From contig CAWBNB010000049.1 of assembly GCA_963789885.1 (NCBI GenBank), positions 65,304-129,303 on the forward strand: DNA of 64,000 bases, written 5' to 3'. The notes below the pieces were generated by a model. That model had not been told where the DNA came from and did no database searches. It worked only from the letters and a program-made list of their open reading frames with translations. The stretch comes from an uncultured beta proteobacterium. GTDB taxonomy: Bacteria > Pseudomonadota > Gammaproteobacteria > Burkholderiales > SG8-39. Below, piece by piece: positions 26,757 to 36,620 of the stretch. Numbering within the stretch: position 1 is the first letter of the stretch; each line of letters opens with the position of its first letter. The position numbers were made by a program, and so were the translations under genes.

Positions 26757-27833
26757 ATGTTCTACCGCGAAGCAGGTCAGTTCAAGACGAGCTACGCCGC
26801 CGACCAGCAGATCTTTCCGATCCTGCAGGACCGGATCGGGATCGGCGTGCTGCTCGTGGTCGCGTTCGTCGTCGTACCGCTCGTCGCCGACCAGTACTGG
26901 CTCTCGGCGCTGCTCACGCCGTTCCTCGTCGCCGGGCTCGCGACGCTCGGCCTCAACATCCTGACCGGCTACGCCGGGCAGCTCTCGCTCGGCACGGCCG
27001 CGTTCATGGCGGTCGGTGCGTTCATGGCGTACAACTTCGAGCTGCGCATCCCGGGGATGCCGATCATCGGCTCCTTCATCCTCGGCGGCGTGTGCGCGGC
27101 GCTCGTGGGGATCGTGTTCGGCCTGCCGAGCCTGCGGATCAAGGGCTTCTACCTGGCGGTCGCGACCCTCGCCTGCCAGTTCTTCGTGCTGTGGGCACTG
27201 CAGAAGATCGGCTGGTTCTCGAACCACTCGAGCTCGGGCGTGATCACCGCGCAGAAGATCGAGATCCTCGGCTACGCGTTCGAGACGCCGGTCGCCAAGT
27301 ACCTGCTGACGCTCACGATCGTCACCGTGCTCGCGCTGCTGGCGAAGAACCTGGTGCGGAGCGAGACCGGGCGCGCCTTCATGGCGGTCCGCGACATGGA
27401 CGTCGCCGCGGGGGTGATCGGCATCCGGCTGATGCACACCAAGCTGCTCGCGTTCGCGATCAGCTCGTTCTACTGCGGCGTGGCCGGCGCGCTGTACGCG
27501 TACTGCTACCTCGGCACGGTGGAGCCCGAAGCGTTCAACCTCGACCTCTCGTTCCGGATCCTGTTCATGGTGATCATCGGCGGGGTCGGGAGCATCCTCG
27601 GGTCGTTCCTCGGCGCGGCGTTCATCACGCTCTTCCCGATCTTCCTCAACCTCGCTACGGAGGGTATCTCGCGCGCGACCGGGATCGAGATCTCGCACGC
27701 AGTGGTATCGAACCTCGAGCTGATGGTGTTCGGCGGGCTGATCATCTTCTTCCTGATCGTCGAGCCGCACGGCCTCGCCCGGCTGTGGCAGATCGGCAAG
27801 GAGAAGCTCCGGCTTTGGCCGTTCCCGCACTAG
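26757..27833 (+). CDS. Liv-type ABC transporter permease (LivM-like)
   Basis: Track ORF of 358 aa. It contains LGLNILTGYAGQLSLGTAAFMAVGAF and is polytopic. Confidence 0.85.
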   Translation: MFYREAGQFKTSYAADQQIFPILQDRIGIGVLLVVAFVVVPLVADQYWLSALLTPFLVAGLATLGLNILTGYAGQLSLGTAAFMAVGAFMAYNFELRIPGMPIIGSFILGGVCAALVGIVFGLPSLRIKGFYLAVATLACQFFVLWALQKIGWFSNHSSSGVITAQKIEILGYAFETPVAKYLLTLTIVTVLALLAKNLVRSETGRAFMAVRDMDVAAGVIGIRLMHTKLLAFAISSFYCGVAGALYAYCYLGTVEPEAFNLDLSFRILFMVIIGGVGSILGSFLGAAFITLFPIFLNLATEGISRATGIEISHAVVSNLELMVFGGLIIFFLIVEPHGLARLWQIGKEKLRLWPFPH

Positions 27834-27970
27834 GGCCCCGGCACCGGGCCGCGCCCGCGCTTAAGCTTTGATCCGCATGGGGTTTGGCGTATAGTTTCGG
27901 CCGGCCCGAAGCCAGACAACCCGACAACCTGGGAAACAGGGATTTCAGTCCACTTTTGAGGAGATCAGCG

Positions 27971-29317
27971 ATGTTGAAGGATTTTGGGACACGAGCGGCC
28001 CGGCCCCTCGCGGCGCTCGTTGCAGCAGCCGGGCTCGCGCTCGCCGCCACTGGCGCACAGGCCCAGCAGGAACAGTTCATCCCGGCCAACTTCTACTGGG
28101 TCGGACCCTATGCCCCCGGCGGCTCCGGCTTCGGCGGCGGCATGATCGACTACTTCGCGATGCTGAACGCCCGCGACGGCGGCATCAACGGCGTCAAGCT
28201 CACCTGGGAGAAGTGCGAGACCGAGTACAACAATGCGCGGGGCGTCGAGTGCTACGAGCGCCTGAAGAAGAAGGGCCCGACCGGCGCGACGGTGATCCAC
28301 CCGCTCTCGACCGGCATCACCTACTCGCTGGTCGAGAAGGCCACCGCCGACCACATCCCGATCATCTCGATGGGCTACGGCCGCACCGACGCTTCCGACG
28401 GCCGGGTCTTCCCGTACGTCTTCCCGCTGATCACGAACTACTGGTCGCAGAACACCGCCAAGATCAAGTTCATCGGCATGAAGGAAGGCGGGATGGACAA
28501 GCTGAAGGGCAAGAAGATCGTGAATCTCTATCACGACTCGGCCTACGGCAAGGAGACGATCGGGATCCTCGACGTGCAGGCGAAGAAGTACGGCTTCGAG
28601 GTGACGCACATCGCGGTGCCGCATCCGGGCAACGAGCAGCAGTCGCAGTGGCTGCAGATCCGGCAGATCCGGCCCGACTGGGTGATCCTGCGCGGCTGGG
28701 GGGTGATGAACCCGACGGCGCTGAAGGCCGCGGCGAAGGCGGGCTTCCCGCGCACCAAGATGGTCGGGGTGTGGTGGTCGGGGGCCGAGGAGGACGTGAT
28801 TCCGGCCGGCGACGCCGCGAAGGGCTACATCGCCGCGGGCTTCAACCTGCCCGGCACGAGCTTCCCGGTAATGCAGGACGTCATCAAGTTCGTCTACAAC
28901 AAGGGTAACGGCGACCTCGACGACAAGTCGCGCATCGGCTCGATCTACCACACGCGCGGTGTCGTGGCCGGCATCATCACTGCCGAGGCGATCCGCAACG
29001 CGCAGGCGAAGTTCGGCAAGGGCAAGCCGGTCACCGGCGAGCAGATGCGCTGGGGCATCGAGAACCTCAACATCGACGAGAAGCGCCTCAAGGAGCTCGG
29101 CGCGAGCGGCCTGATGCAGCCGCTGAAGGTCTCGTGCCTCGACCACGAAGGCGGCGGGTCGGTGAAGTTCCTGCAGTGGGACGGCAAGAAGTGGAACGTG
29201 ATCACCGACTGGATCACCTCCGACCAGTCGATCGTGCGGCCGATGATCGAGGCCTCCGCGGCGCAGTACGCCAAGGAGAAGGGCATCCAGCTGCGCGATT
29301 GCAAGGCGGCCGGCTGA
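27971..29317 (+). CDS. Liv-type ABC transporter substrate-binding protein (large, ~448 aa)
   Basis: Internal ATG after gaggag in track ORF 27884..29317. The signal peptide is MLKDFGTRAARPLAALVAAAGLALAATGAQA. Confidence 0.85.
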   Translation: MLKDFGTRAARPLAALVAAAGLALAATGAQAQQEQFIPANFYWVGPYAPGGSGFGGGMIDYFAMLNARDGGINGVKLTWEKCETEYNNARGVECYERLKKKGPTGATVIHPLSTGITYSLVEKATADHIPIISMGYGRTDASDGRVFPYVFPLITNYWSQNTAKIKFIGMKEGGMDKLKGKKIVNLYHDSAYGKETIGILDVQAKKYGFEVTHIAVPHPGNEQQSQWLQIRQIRPDWVILRGWGVMNPTALKAAAKAGFPRTKMVGVWWSGAEEDVIPAGDAAKGYIAAGFNLPGTSFPVMQDVIKFVYNKGNGDLDDKSRIGSIYHTRGVVAGIITAEAIRNAQAKFGKGKPVTGEQMRWGIENLNIDEKRLKELGASGLMQPLKVSCLDHEGGGSVKFLQWDGKKWNVITDWITSDQSIVRPMIEASAAQYAKEKGIQLRDCKAAG

Positions 29318-29344
29318 GCGCCTAGGGAAGGGGCAAGGGAAACG

Positions 29345-29372
29345 GGGGAAGGGTAGATACCTTCCCCTTTTT
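29345..29372 (+). terminator. Intrinsic terminator inside the operon, after the binding-protein gene
   Basis: ggggaagg-gtagata-ccttcccc is followed by ttttt. It lies 28 nt after the stop at 29317. Confidence 0.65.
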
Positions 29373-29425
29373 CATCCGCGTCTCGCCGCCGTCCCCCTTC
29401 GCGTCTCCCCTTCCCGGACTCCACG

Positions 29426-30262
29426 ATGTCGGCGATCCCCAAGCCCGAGGCACACAGCGCTCCCGCCTACCTCGCGGTCAGCAACATCGAGGTCATCTAC
29501 GACCACGTGATCCTCGTCCTGAAGGGCGTGTCCCTGCAGGTGCAGAAGGGCCGGATCGTCGCACTGCTCGGCGCCAACGGCGCCGGCAAGACGACGACGC
29601 TCAAGGCGATCTCGAACCTGCTCCGCGCGGAACGCGGCGAGGTGACCAAGGGCTCGATCGAGTTCGACGGCAGGCGCATCGACCAGCTGACGCCGAACGA
29701 CCTGGTGCGGATGGGCGTGTGCCAGGTGATGGAGGGGCGGCATTGCTTCCAGCACCTGACGGTGGAGGAGAACCTCCTCACCGGCGCGTTCACCCGCTCG
29801 ATCGGCCGCGCCGATCTCGCCCGCGACCTCGATCTCGTCTACCAGTACTTCCCGCGGCTGCGCGAGCGCCGCAACTCGCTTGCCGGCTACACCTCCGGCG
29901 GCGAGCAGCAGATGACCGCGATCGGGCGCGCGCTGATGGCGCGGCCGAAGATGATCCTGCTCGACGAGCCGTCGATGGGCCTCGCCCCGCAGCTCGTCGA
30001 GGAGATCTTCGAGATCGTCCGCGACCTCAACCAGAAGGAGGGCGTTTCGTTCCTGCTCGCCGAGCAGAACACCAACATCGCCCTGCGCTACGCCGACTAC
30101 GGCTACATCCTCGAGAACGGGCGCGTGGTAATGGACGGTGAAGCGAAGCGGCTGCGGGAGAATGATGACGTCAAGGAGTTCTACCTCGGCCTCTCGACCG
30201 CGGGCCGCAAGAGCTTCCGCGACACCAAGTTCTACCGCCGGCGCAAGCGCTGGCTGTCCTAG
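29426..30262 (+). CDS. Liv-type ABC transporter ATP-binding protein (LivF-like)
   Basis: Track ORF of 278 aa. Motifs are GANGAGKTTTLK, TSGGEQQMTAIGRAL and ILLDEPSMGLAP. Confidence 0.85.
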   Translation: MSAIPKPEAHSAPAYLAVSNIEVIYDHVILVLKGVSLQVQKGRIVALLGANGAGKTTTLKAISNLLRAERGEVTKGSIEFDGRRIDQLTPNDLVRMGVCQVMEGRHCFQHLTVEENLLTGAFTRSIGRADLARDLDLVYQYFPRLRERRNSLAGYTSGGEQQMTAIGRALMARPKMILLDEPSMGLAPQLVEEIFEIVRDLNQKEGVSFLLAEQNTNIALRYADYGYILENGRVVMDGEAKRLRENDDVKEFYLGLSTAGRKSFRDTKFYRRRKRWLS

Positions 30263-30268
30263 GCCGGC

Positions 30269-31534
30269 ATGCCGCGCACCGACGTGACCGACTTCTTCGA
30301 CGCGCTGGAGACCCGCGACCCGGAGGTCCGCGAGCGGGATCTCCTCGGGCGGCTTCCGCAGCAGGTCGCGCACGCGAAGGCGAACGCGCCGGGCTTCGCC
30401 CGCATCCTGCAGGACGTCGATCCGCGCGCGGTCACCTCGCGCGCCGCGCTCGCGCGGCTGCCGGTGACCCGGAAATCCGATCTCAAGGCGCTCCAGGCGG
30501 AGCGCCGTCCGCTCGGCGGGCTCAACGCCGCGCCGGTCGGAAAGCTCGCCAAGATCTTCGTGTCGCCGGGCCCGATCTACGAGCCGGAAGGCCAGGGACG
30601 CGACTGGTGGCGCACCGCGCGTGCGCTCCACGCGGGCGGCTTTCGCGCCGGCGATCTGGTCGTGAACACCTTCGCCTACCACTTCACCCCCGCCGGCTCG
30701 ATGCTCGAGAGCGGCGCGCTCGCCTGCGGGTGCACGGTGGTGCCGACCGGCGTCGGACAGACCGACATGCAGGTCGCCACGATCGCCGAGCTCGGCGTCA
30801 ACGGCTACATCGGCACGCCGTCGTTCCTCAAGCTGATCGTCGAGAAGGCGGCCGAGCTCAAGGTCGACATCTCGTGCCTGAAAAAGGCCGGCGTCGGCGC
30901 CGAGTACCTGCCGCCGTCGCTCCGCGCGACCCTGGCGGAGCGCGGCCTGAGCGTGATGCAGTCGTACGCCACCGCCGACCTCGGGCTGATCGCGTACGAG
31001 ACGCGCGGCCCAGACGGGAACGTCTGCGCGGGGATGGTCATCGACGAGGGCATCCTGCTCGAGATCGTGCGGCCGGGCACCGGCGACCCGGTGCCTGCGG
31101 GCGAGGTCGGCGAGGTGGTCGTCACGAGCTTCAACCCCGATTACCCGCTGATCCGGTTCGCGACCGGCGATCTGTCCGCCGTGCTCGCCGAGCCGAGCCC
31201 GTGCGGCCGCACCAACGTGCGCATCAAGGGCTGGATGGGGCGCGCCGACCAGGCGACCAAGGTGAAGGGGATGTTCGTGCAGCCGGCGCAGGTGGCGGAG
31301 GTGCTGAAGCGCCATCCCGAGATCCGGCGCGCAAGGCTGGTCGTCGACCAGCTGGAAGGCCAGGACCGGATGACGCTGCACTGCGAGGTCGAGGCCGCGC
31401 CGGCGGGCCTCGCCGAGGCGTTGGTCGCGACCATTCGCGACGTGACCAAACTGCGCGGCGAGGTTACTCTCCACAAGCCAGGCGAGCTGCCGAACGACGG
31501 CAAGGTCGTCGAGGACACGCGGAAATACGAATAA
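30269..31534 (+). CDS. Phenylacetate-CoA ligase-like adenylate-forming enzyme (PaaK family)
   Basis: Track ORF of 421 aa. It shows LPVTRKSDL, GIGTPSFL, YATADLGLIAYE and IRFATGDL. Confidence 0.8.
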   Translation: MPRTDVTDFFDALETRDPEVRERDLLGRLPQQVAHAKANAPGFARILQDVDPRAVTSRAALARLPVTRKSDLKALQAERRPLGGLNAAPVGKLAKIFVSPGPIYEPEGQGRDWWRTARALHAGGFRAGDLVVNTFAYHFTPAGSMLESGALACGCTVVPTGVGQTDMQVATIAELGVNGYIGTPSFLKLIVEKAAELKVDISCLKKAGVGAEYLPPSLRATLAERGLSVMQSYATADLGLIAYETRGPDGNVCAGMVIDEGILLEIVRPGTGDPVPAGEVGEVVVTSFNPDYPLIRFATGDLSAVLAEPSPCGRTNVRIKGWMGRADQATKVKGMFVQPAQVAEVLKRHPEIRRARLVVDQLEGQDRMTLHCEVEAAPAGLAEALVATIRDVTKLRGEVTLHKPGELPNDGKVVEDTRKYE

Positions 31535-31581
31535 CGAAGGGGTGCGCCGACGGCGCGCCCGTTGTCGCAAGGGGGAATCAC

Positions 31582-31749
31582 ATGATCGTGCTGCCGATGG
31601 CGGTGCCGTTCATCGTGCTCGTGCTCGCGGCGATCGTCGCGATGCTCGGGCTGCGCAAGACCGCGGTGTGGGTCTGGTTTCTCGCGCTGGCCGTCCTGGT
31701 GTACGTGCTTCAGGGCCACATCACCGACCCGCTCAAGATCGCCCTCTGA
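31582..31749 (+). CDS. Small (55 aa) two-TM membrane protein preceding dsbB (DUF5993-like, tentative)
   Basis: This is the tail of track ORF 30607..31749. It reads MIVLPMAVPFIVLVLAAIVAMLGLRKTAVWVWFLALAVLVYVLQGHITDPLKIAL after a ggggga RBS. Confidence 0.55.
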   Translation: MIVLPMAVPFIVLVLAAIVAMLGLRKTAVWVWFLALAVLVYVLQGHITDPLKIAL

Positions 31750-31759
31750 GGGCCGGCAC

Positions 31760-32302
31760 ATGACCGCCCTCGCACGCGCTCTCAACGCCCTGGCGCTGCT
31801 CGGCGTCTGCGCCGTGCTCGGCGTCGCCTTCTACTGGCAGATCGCGCGCGGCGAGCTGCCGTGTCCCCTGTGCCTGGTGCAGCGCGCCGCGTTCCTGGGC
31901 GCCGGGCTGGGTTTCATGCTGAACGTCCGGTTCGGTTCGTCCGAGTCCCACTACGGCGTCGTGATCGTCAGCGCGCTCGTCGGCGGCGCGGTGGCCGCGC
32001 GTCAGGTGCTCCTGCACGTCGTGCCCGGCACCGGCTCGTACGGCTCGGAGCTCCTCGGCTGGCACTTCTATACCTGGGCGCTGGTCGCCTTCTTCCTGAT
32101 CGCGCTCTTCGCCGCGGCGCTGCTCTTCATCGAAGCGCAGTTCGCCGAGGGCGTGAGCGAATGGCGACCCACGGCGACCGCGCAGGTCCTCGGGTGGCTG
32201 TTCGTGCTGATCGCGCTCGGGAACGCGGTGTCCACGCTGCTCGAGTGCGGCTTCGGGCCCTGCCCCGACAATCCTACCGGGTACGAGCTGCTGCGGAAGT
32301 AG
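31760..32302 (+). CDS. DsbB-family disulfide bond formation protein
   Basis: Track ORF of 180 aa. It has four TM segments, CPLC in the first loop, and a second Cys pair (ECGFGPC). Confidence 0.75.
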   Translation: MTALARALNALALLGVCAVLGVAFYWQIARGELPCPLCLVQRAAFLGAGLGFMLNVRFGSSESHYGVVIVSALVGGAVAARQVLLHVVPGTGSYGSELLGWHFYTWALVAFFLIALFAAALLFIEAQFAEGVSEWRPTATAQVLGWLFVLIALGNAVSTLLECGFGPCPDNPTGYELLRK

Positions 32303-32413
32303 TTCCGCGGCGCCGACGGGGCACACCACCAGCCGGAGCGCCAGCACGCTTCTGCGGTACGCTTCGCTGCCGGCCGGTCCGGGCCCGGCTCACGGTTTCC
32401 ATCGTCACCGCGA

Positions 32414-32968
32414 ATGAACAGCGAGCTCGAGGTACTGACCGACGTCGTTGCCAGACTCGAACGCGCCGGCATCGACTATATGCTGACCGGCTCCGTTGCG
32501 ATGAGCGTCTACGCGGTCCCCCGAATGACACGCGACATCGACATCGTCGTCGAACTCGTCCGGGCCGACGCCGAGCGGGTGGTCGAGCTATTTTTGCCGG
32601 AGTATTACGTGGATGACGAGGCGGTCCGGTCCGCAATCGCGGCGCGCGGCCTCTTCAACCTTTTCCACTTCGCCAAGCTCGTCAAGGTCGCCCTGATCGT
32701 GCGCAAGGACGACGAATTCCAGCGGCACGAGTTCGCCCGCCGCCAGCGTCACGAGCTCGGCGGAACCACCGCGTGGATCATCAGCAAGGAGGACCTGATC
32801 CTGTCCAAGCTGGTTTGGGCGGCGCCGAGCGACTCCGCATTCCAGCTGCGCGACGTGCGCAACCTCCTTGCGTCCGGCGTTGACGACGCTTACCTTAATT
32901 CCTGGAGCGCGAAGCTTGGCGTCGACGCTCTTCTGCGGAGCGCCATGGATGCGGGACACGACTCCTGA
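32414..32968 (+). CDS. Minimal nucleotidyltransferase-fold protein (AbiEii/DUF2204-like)
   Basis: Track ORF of 184 aa. The NTase signature hG[GS]x9-13DhDh is present as MLTGSVAMSVYAVPRMTRDIDIVV. The local GC content is visibly lower. Confidence 0.6.
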   Translation: MNSELEVLTDVVARLERAGIDYMLTGSVAMSVYAVPRMTRDIDIVVELVRADAERVVELFLPEYYVDDEAVRSAIAARGLFNLFHFAKLVKVALIVRKDDEFQRHEFARRQRHELGGTTAWIISKEDLILSKLVWAAPSDSAFQLRDVRNLLASGVDDAYLNSWSAKLGVDALLRSAMDAGHDS

Positions 32969-33173
32969 GTTCGAGCGATTCGTTGCGGCGCAGTATCGCC
33001 GTCTCACGGCCGGCGAGCGCGTGCGCCTGTGCACCGAAATGTTCGACGCGGCCCGCGTCCTGGTCGAGTCCGGACTGCCGCGGGGCCTGAGTGACCGCGA
33101 GCGCAGGCGCTGGATCACCGAGCGACTCTACGGGACGGCGTTCGCGAACCGAGTGTTTCCGGTCGAGCCGTGA
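32949..33173 (+). CDS. Small (74 aa) helical hypothetical protein overlapping the NTase gene by 20 nt
   Basis: Internal ATG of track ORF 32868..33173. It reads MRDTTPEFERFVAAQYRRLTAGERVRLCTEMFDAARVLVESGL... I recognise no family. Confidence 0.4.
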   Translation: MRDTTPEFERFVAAQYRRLTAGERVRLCTEMFDAARVLVESGLPRGLSDRERRRWITERLYGTAFANRVFPVEP

Positions 33174-33248
33174 AGGTGGTGATTCCGGTTGCCTGCGGCC
33201 TGGCAGCCATGGCCGCAGAAGCGGCGCTCGGGAGGGACGCCGGTTGCG

Positions 33249-34229
33249 CTACTGCGCCGCTTCGATCTTCCCCTCGCGCGCGACCTGCCGCCAGCGGTCG
33301 AACTCCGACTTCATGTACGCGGCGAACTCGCTCTGGGTCGTCGGCGGGAACGCTTCGAGATTCTGCGCGGCGAGCCGCTCCCTGACCTCGGGGCTCTGGA
33401 CGAGCTGACCGATGTCGGCGTTGAGCCGATCGACGATCGCCTTCGGCGTACCCACCGGCGCGAAGATCCCGGTCCAGGCCTGCACGTCGTAGTCCCGCAA
33501 CGCGGGAACGCCCGACTCGGCGAGTGGCGGGACGTCCGGCGCGAAGCGCGTCCGCTGCTTCGAGCTGACCGCGAGCGCCTTGATCCGGCCGGCCTTGACC
33601 TGCGGATTGGCCGAGGTGAGGCCGTCGAACATCAGCGGGAGCTGGCCGCCGATGAGGTCGGTGAGCGCCTGCCCGCTGCCCTTGTAGGGCACACCCACGA
33701 CGTCGACGCCCGCCATCTGCTTGAGGAGCTCCATCACCATCTGGCTGAGCGCGCCGGCGCCGAGATGCGCGTAGCTGTGCTTCCCGGGATTCGCCTTCAG
33801 CACCGCGATGAGCTCCGGCACGTTGTTCGCCGGGAAGCTCGGGGTCGCCACCAGCATCATCACCGTCCAGCCGATCGGGGCGACCGGCACGAGGTCGCGC
33901 TCTGCGTCGTACGGGAGCTTCCGGTAGACCGATGGCGTCACGCTGAACGCCGACGACGTGCCGAGCAGTGTGTAGCCGTCGGGCTTGGCTTTCGCGACCG
34001 CGTCCGCGCCGATGGTGCCGGCCGCCCCCGGCCGGTTGTCCACGACCACCGGCTGGCCGAGGCGTTTCGCGAGCGGCTCGGCGATCGTGCGCGTGGCGAG
34101 ATCGGAGGCATTGCCCGGCGGGAACGGCACCACCGCCCGGATCGGGCGATCCGGATAGGCCTGTCCCTGCACGGCGGTCATAAATGCAGCGGCTGCCAGC
34201 CCCGCGAGCACCCGGGGTCCTGTCGTCAT
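33249..34229 (-). CDS. Bug-family (TctC-like) substrate-binding protein
   Basis: Track ORF of 326 aa. It has a signal peptide and then AYPDRPIRAVVPFPPGNASDL. Confidence 0.85.
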   Translation of the reverse strand: MTTGPRVLAGLAAAAFMTAVQGQAYPDRPIRAVVPFPPGNASDLATRTIAEPLAKRLGQPVVVDNRPGAAGTIGADAVAKAKPDGYTLLGTSSAFSVTPSVYRKLPYDAERDLVPVAPIGWTVMMLVATPSFPANNVPELIAVLKANPGKHSYAHLGAGALSQMVMELLKQMAGVDVVGVPYKGSGQALTDLIGGQLPLMFDGLTSANPQVKAGRIKALAVSSKQRTRFAPDVPPLAESGVPALRDYDVQAWTGIFAPVGTPKAIVDRLNADIGQLVQSPEVRERLAAQNLEAFPPTTQSEFAAYMKSEFDRWRQVAREGKIEAAQ

Positions 34230-34314
34230 CGTTCTTCCTTCGCCAGCTTCAAGGTTTCTTCCGGACGGATACCATTATGACGAAGGCCACACCGAACCAC
34301 CGACGGAGCTCGCG

Positions 34315-35523
34315 ATGACGTCGAAACCGATGCTGGAAGGAGTGCGGATCCTCGCCGTCGAGCAGTACGGCGCGGGTCCGTTCGGGACGCTCTTCCTCGC
34401 CGACCTCGGCGCCGAGGTGATCAAGGTCGAGAACAAGGCCGAAGGCGGCGATGTCTCGCGCGTCGTCGGGCCGCACTTCCACGCCGCGCTGCCCGAGACC
34501 GCGCGCAGCGTCTTCTACCAGGGCCTCAACCGCAGCAAGAAGAGCATCGCGCTCGACCTCGCCAGACCCGAGGGCAGGGCGGTGTTCCACCGCCTCGTGG
34601 CGCACGCCGACGCCGTGGCGAGCAACCTGCGCGGCGACGTGCCGGCGAAGCTAGGGATCACCTACTCGCAGCTCGCCGCAGCGAACCCGAAGATCGTCTG
34701 CGCGCACCTCACCGGCTACGGCCGCGAGGGGGAGCGTGCGGCATGGCCGGGATACGACTACATGATGCAGGCCGAGGCCGGCTACTTCCATCTCACCGGC
34801 GACCCGGATTCGTCGCCGGCGCGGTTCGGGCTCTCGCTCGTCGACCTCATGACCGGCGTCGCGCTCGCGGCCGGGTTGCTCGCCGCGCTGCACGCCGCGA
34901 ATCGCGACGGACGCGGGCGCGACGTCGACGTGAGCCTGTTCGATCTCGCGCTCGCGAACCTGAACTACATCGGCCACTGGTATCTCAACGCCGGCGCCGC
35001 GACCGGTCGCATCGCGCGCTCCGCGCACGCGTCGATGACGCCGTGCCAGAGCTACCGCACCCGCGACGGCTGGATCTATCTGATGTGCAACAAGGAGAAG
35101 TTCTGGGGCGTGCTCTGCCGCAAGATCGGGCGGCCGCAGTGGATCGACGACGCGCGCTTCCGGACGTTTCCGGACCGGCTGCAGCACCGCTCGCTCCTCA
35201 CCGAGCTGATCGACGAGGCGCTCCAGGCGCGCACGACGAGCGAGTGGCTCGCGGAATTCGCGGGCAGCGTCCCGGCGGCGCCGATCTACGACGTCACCCA
35301 GGCGCTCGAGAACCCGTGGGTGAAGGGCAGCGCGCGGATCGAATCCATCGCGGTGGCAGGCGGTCCGCCGCTCGCGCTGCTGACCAACCCGCTGCGTGGC
35401 GAGGGGCTGCCGCTCGCCGGCCGTCCCGCGCCCGCGCTCGGCGCCGACACCGATTCGGTGCTCGCCGACGCCGGCTTCGCGCGCGAGGAAATTGCCCGCC
35501 TGCGCGCCGACGGCGTGATATAG
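34315..35523 (+). CDS. Family III CoA-transferase (CaiB/BaiF)
   Basis: Track ORF of 402 aa. It shows LEGVRILAVEQYGAGPFGTLFLADLGAEVIKVE and GYDYMMQAEAG. Confidence 0.85.
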   Translation: MTSKPMLEGVRILAVEQYGAGPFGTLFLADLGAEVIKVENKAEGGDVSRVVGPHFHAALPETARSVFYQGLNRSKKSIALDLARPEGRAVFHRLVAHADAVASNLRGDVPAKLGITYSQLAAANPKIVCAHLTGYGREGERAAWPGYDYMMQAEAGYFHLTGDPDSSPARFGLSLVDLMTGVALAAGLLAALHAANRDGRGRDVDVSLFDLALANLNYIGHWYLNAGAATGRIARSAHASMTPCQSYRTRDGWIYLMCNKEKFWGVLCRKIGRPQWIDDARFRTFPDRLQHRSLLTELIDEALQARTTSEWLAEFAGSVPAAPIYDVTQALENPWVKGSARIESIAVAGGPPLALLTNPLRGEGLPLAGRPAPALGADTDSVLADAGFAREEIARLRADGVI

Positions 35524-35564
35524 CGCCCGTCCGTCCGCGAAGCGCGAATCCAGAGAGGGAAACC

Positions 35565-36620
35565 ATGAGCTTTTATGCCTATCTTCGCGCGGGCGAGGCC
35601 CGCTACCAGGAGCGCTTCGGTCTCGACTTCGAGGAGTTCGCCGCCGGGCAGCGGTTCAAGCATCGGCCGGGGGTCACGCTCACGCAGCAGGACAACCTCG
35701 ACGAGGCGCTCGATACGTTGAACGCCGCGATGCTCCACTACGACGCGCACTACGCCGCGCAGACCACGTGGAAGAAGCCGCTGATGGTGTCGACGGTGAC
35801 GCTGCAGCGCGTGATCGGCATGGCTTCCCGCACCTTCGGGCGGAAGAAGGCGATCGTCGGCTTCGCCGAGATCGCGCTCACCGGGCCGGTATTCGGCGGC
35901 GACACGCTCTACTCGGAATCCGAGATCGCCGGCGTGCGCGATGGCGGCGACGACCACGGCATCGTCACCGTGATCTCGCGCGGCGTGACACCGGAAGGGA
36001 AGGAGGTAGCGAAGCTGACCTACGACCTTGCCGTGTACAAGCGCGGCAGGCATCCGGACGAGGCGGGTCGACCGCCCGCGCCACCGGTCGAGGAGGAGCG
36101 CTTCATGCTCTACGCCAAGCTTCCCGACGGCGCGCTGGTCGAGCGCTACGGCATCTTCTTCGAGGACGCCCGGCCCGGCGAAACGTTCGTCCACTACCCG
36201 CGCCGGACGTTCTACCGCGACGAAGCCGTCGAGCACGCGTGGCGTTCGTTCGAGGCGAACCCGCAGTTCCACGACCTGTCGTGGATCGAGCGTCACCAGG
36301 ACGGGCGCTACCGCATCCAGGAGCCGTGGCTCATCACCGCCGCGACCGCGGCGACCACCCGCACCTTCGGGCGGGTCGTCGCGAACCTCGGGTGGACCGA
36401 CATCAAGCTGCCCGCGCCCGTCTACGCCGGCGACACGACCGAGTCCGAGTCGACGATCGTCGACAAGCGCGAGTCGAAGTCGCGGCCGAACGAGGGCATC
36501 CTCACCGTCGACACGCGCGCGTACAACCAGCGCCGCGAGCTGGTGCTCTCCTACCGGCGGAACCTGCTCGTGTACAAGCGCGCCGCCGACACGCCGTATG
36601 CGAAGGCGGGCTACGCATGA
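35565..36620 (+). CDS. MaoC-family double-hotdog enoyl-CoA hydratase (mesaconyl-/itaconyl-CoA hydratase-like)
   Basis: Internal ATG of track ORF 34743..36620 ([25 protein letters not shown]...). Two hotdog repeats are present. The length is 351 aa. Confidence 0.8.
   Translation: MSFYAYLRAGEARYQERFGLDFEEFAAGQRFKHRPGVTLTQQDNLDEALDTLNAAMLHYDAHYAAQTTWKKPLMVSTVTLQRVIGMASRTFGRKKAIVGFAEIALTGPVFGGDTLYSESEIAGVRDGGDDHGIVTVISRGVTPEGKEVAKLTYDLAVYKRGRHPDEAGRPPAPPVEEERFMLYAKLPDGALVERYGIFFEDARPGETFVHYPRRTFYRDEAVEHAWRSFEANPQFHDLSWIERHQDGRYRIQEPWLITAATAATTRTFGRVVANLGWTDIKLPAPVYAGDTTESESTIVDKRESKSRPNEGILTVDTRAYNQRRELVLSYRRNLLVYKRAADTPYAKAGYA

Noticed and set aside
22734-27871. Two giant ORFs: 22734..26237 on the minus strand (1167 aa) and 24086..27871 on the plus strand (1261 aa).
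   Set aside because: Both are Arg/Ala/Pro/Gly/Asp-rich shadow frames lying across four well-supported genes (ligase, ATPase, two permeases). They have no recognisable motifs. Long open alternative frames are expected at this GC content.
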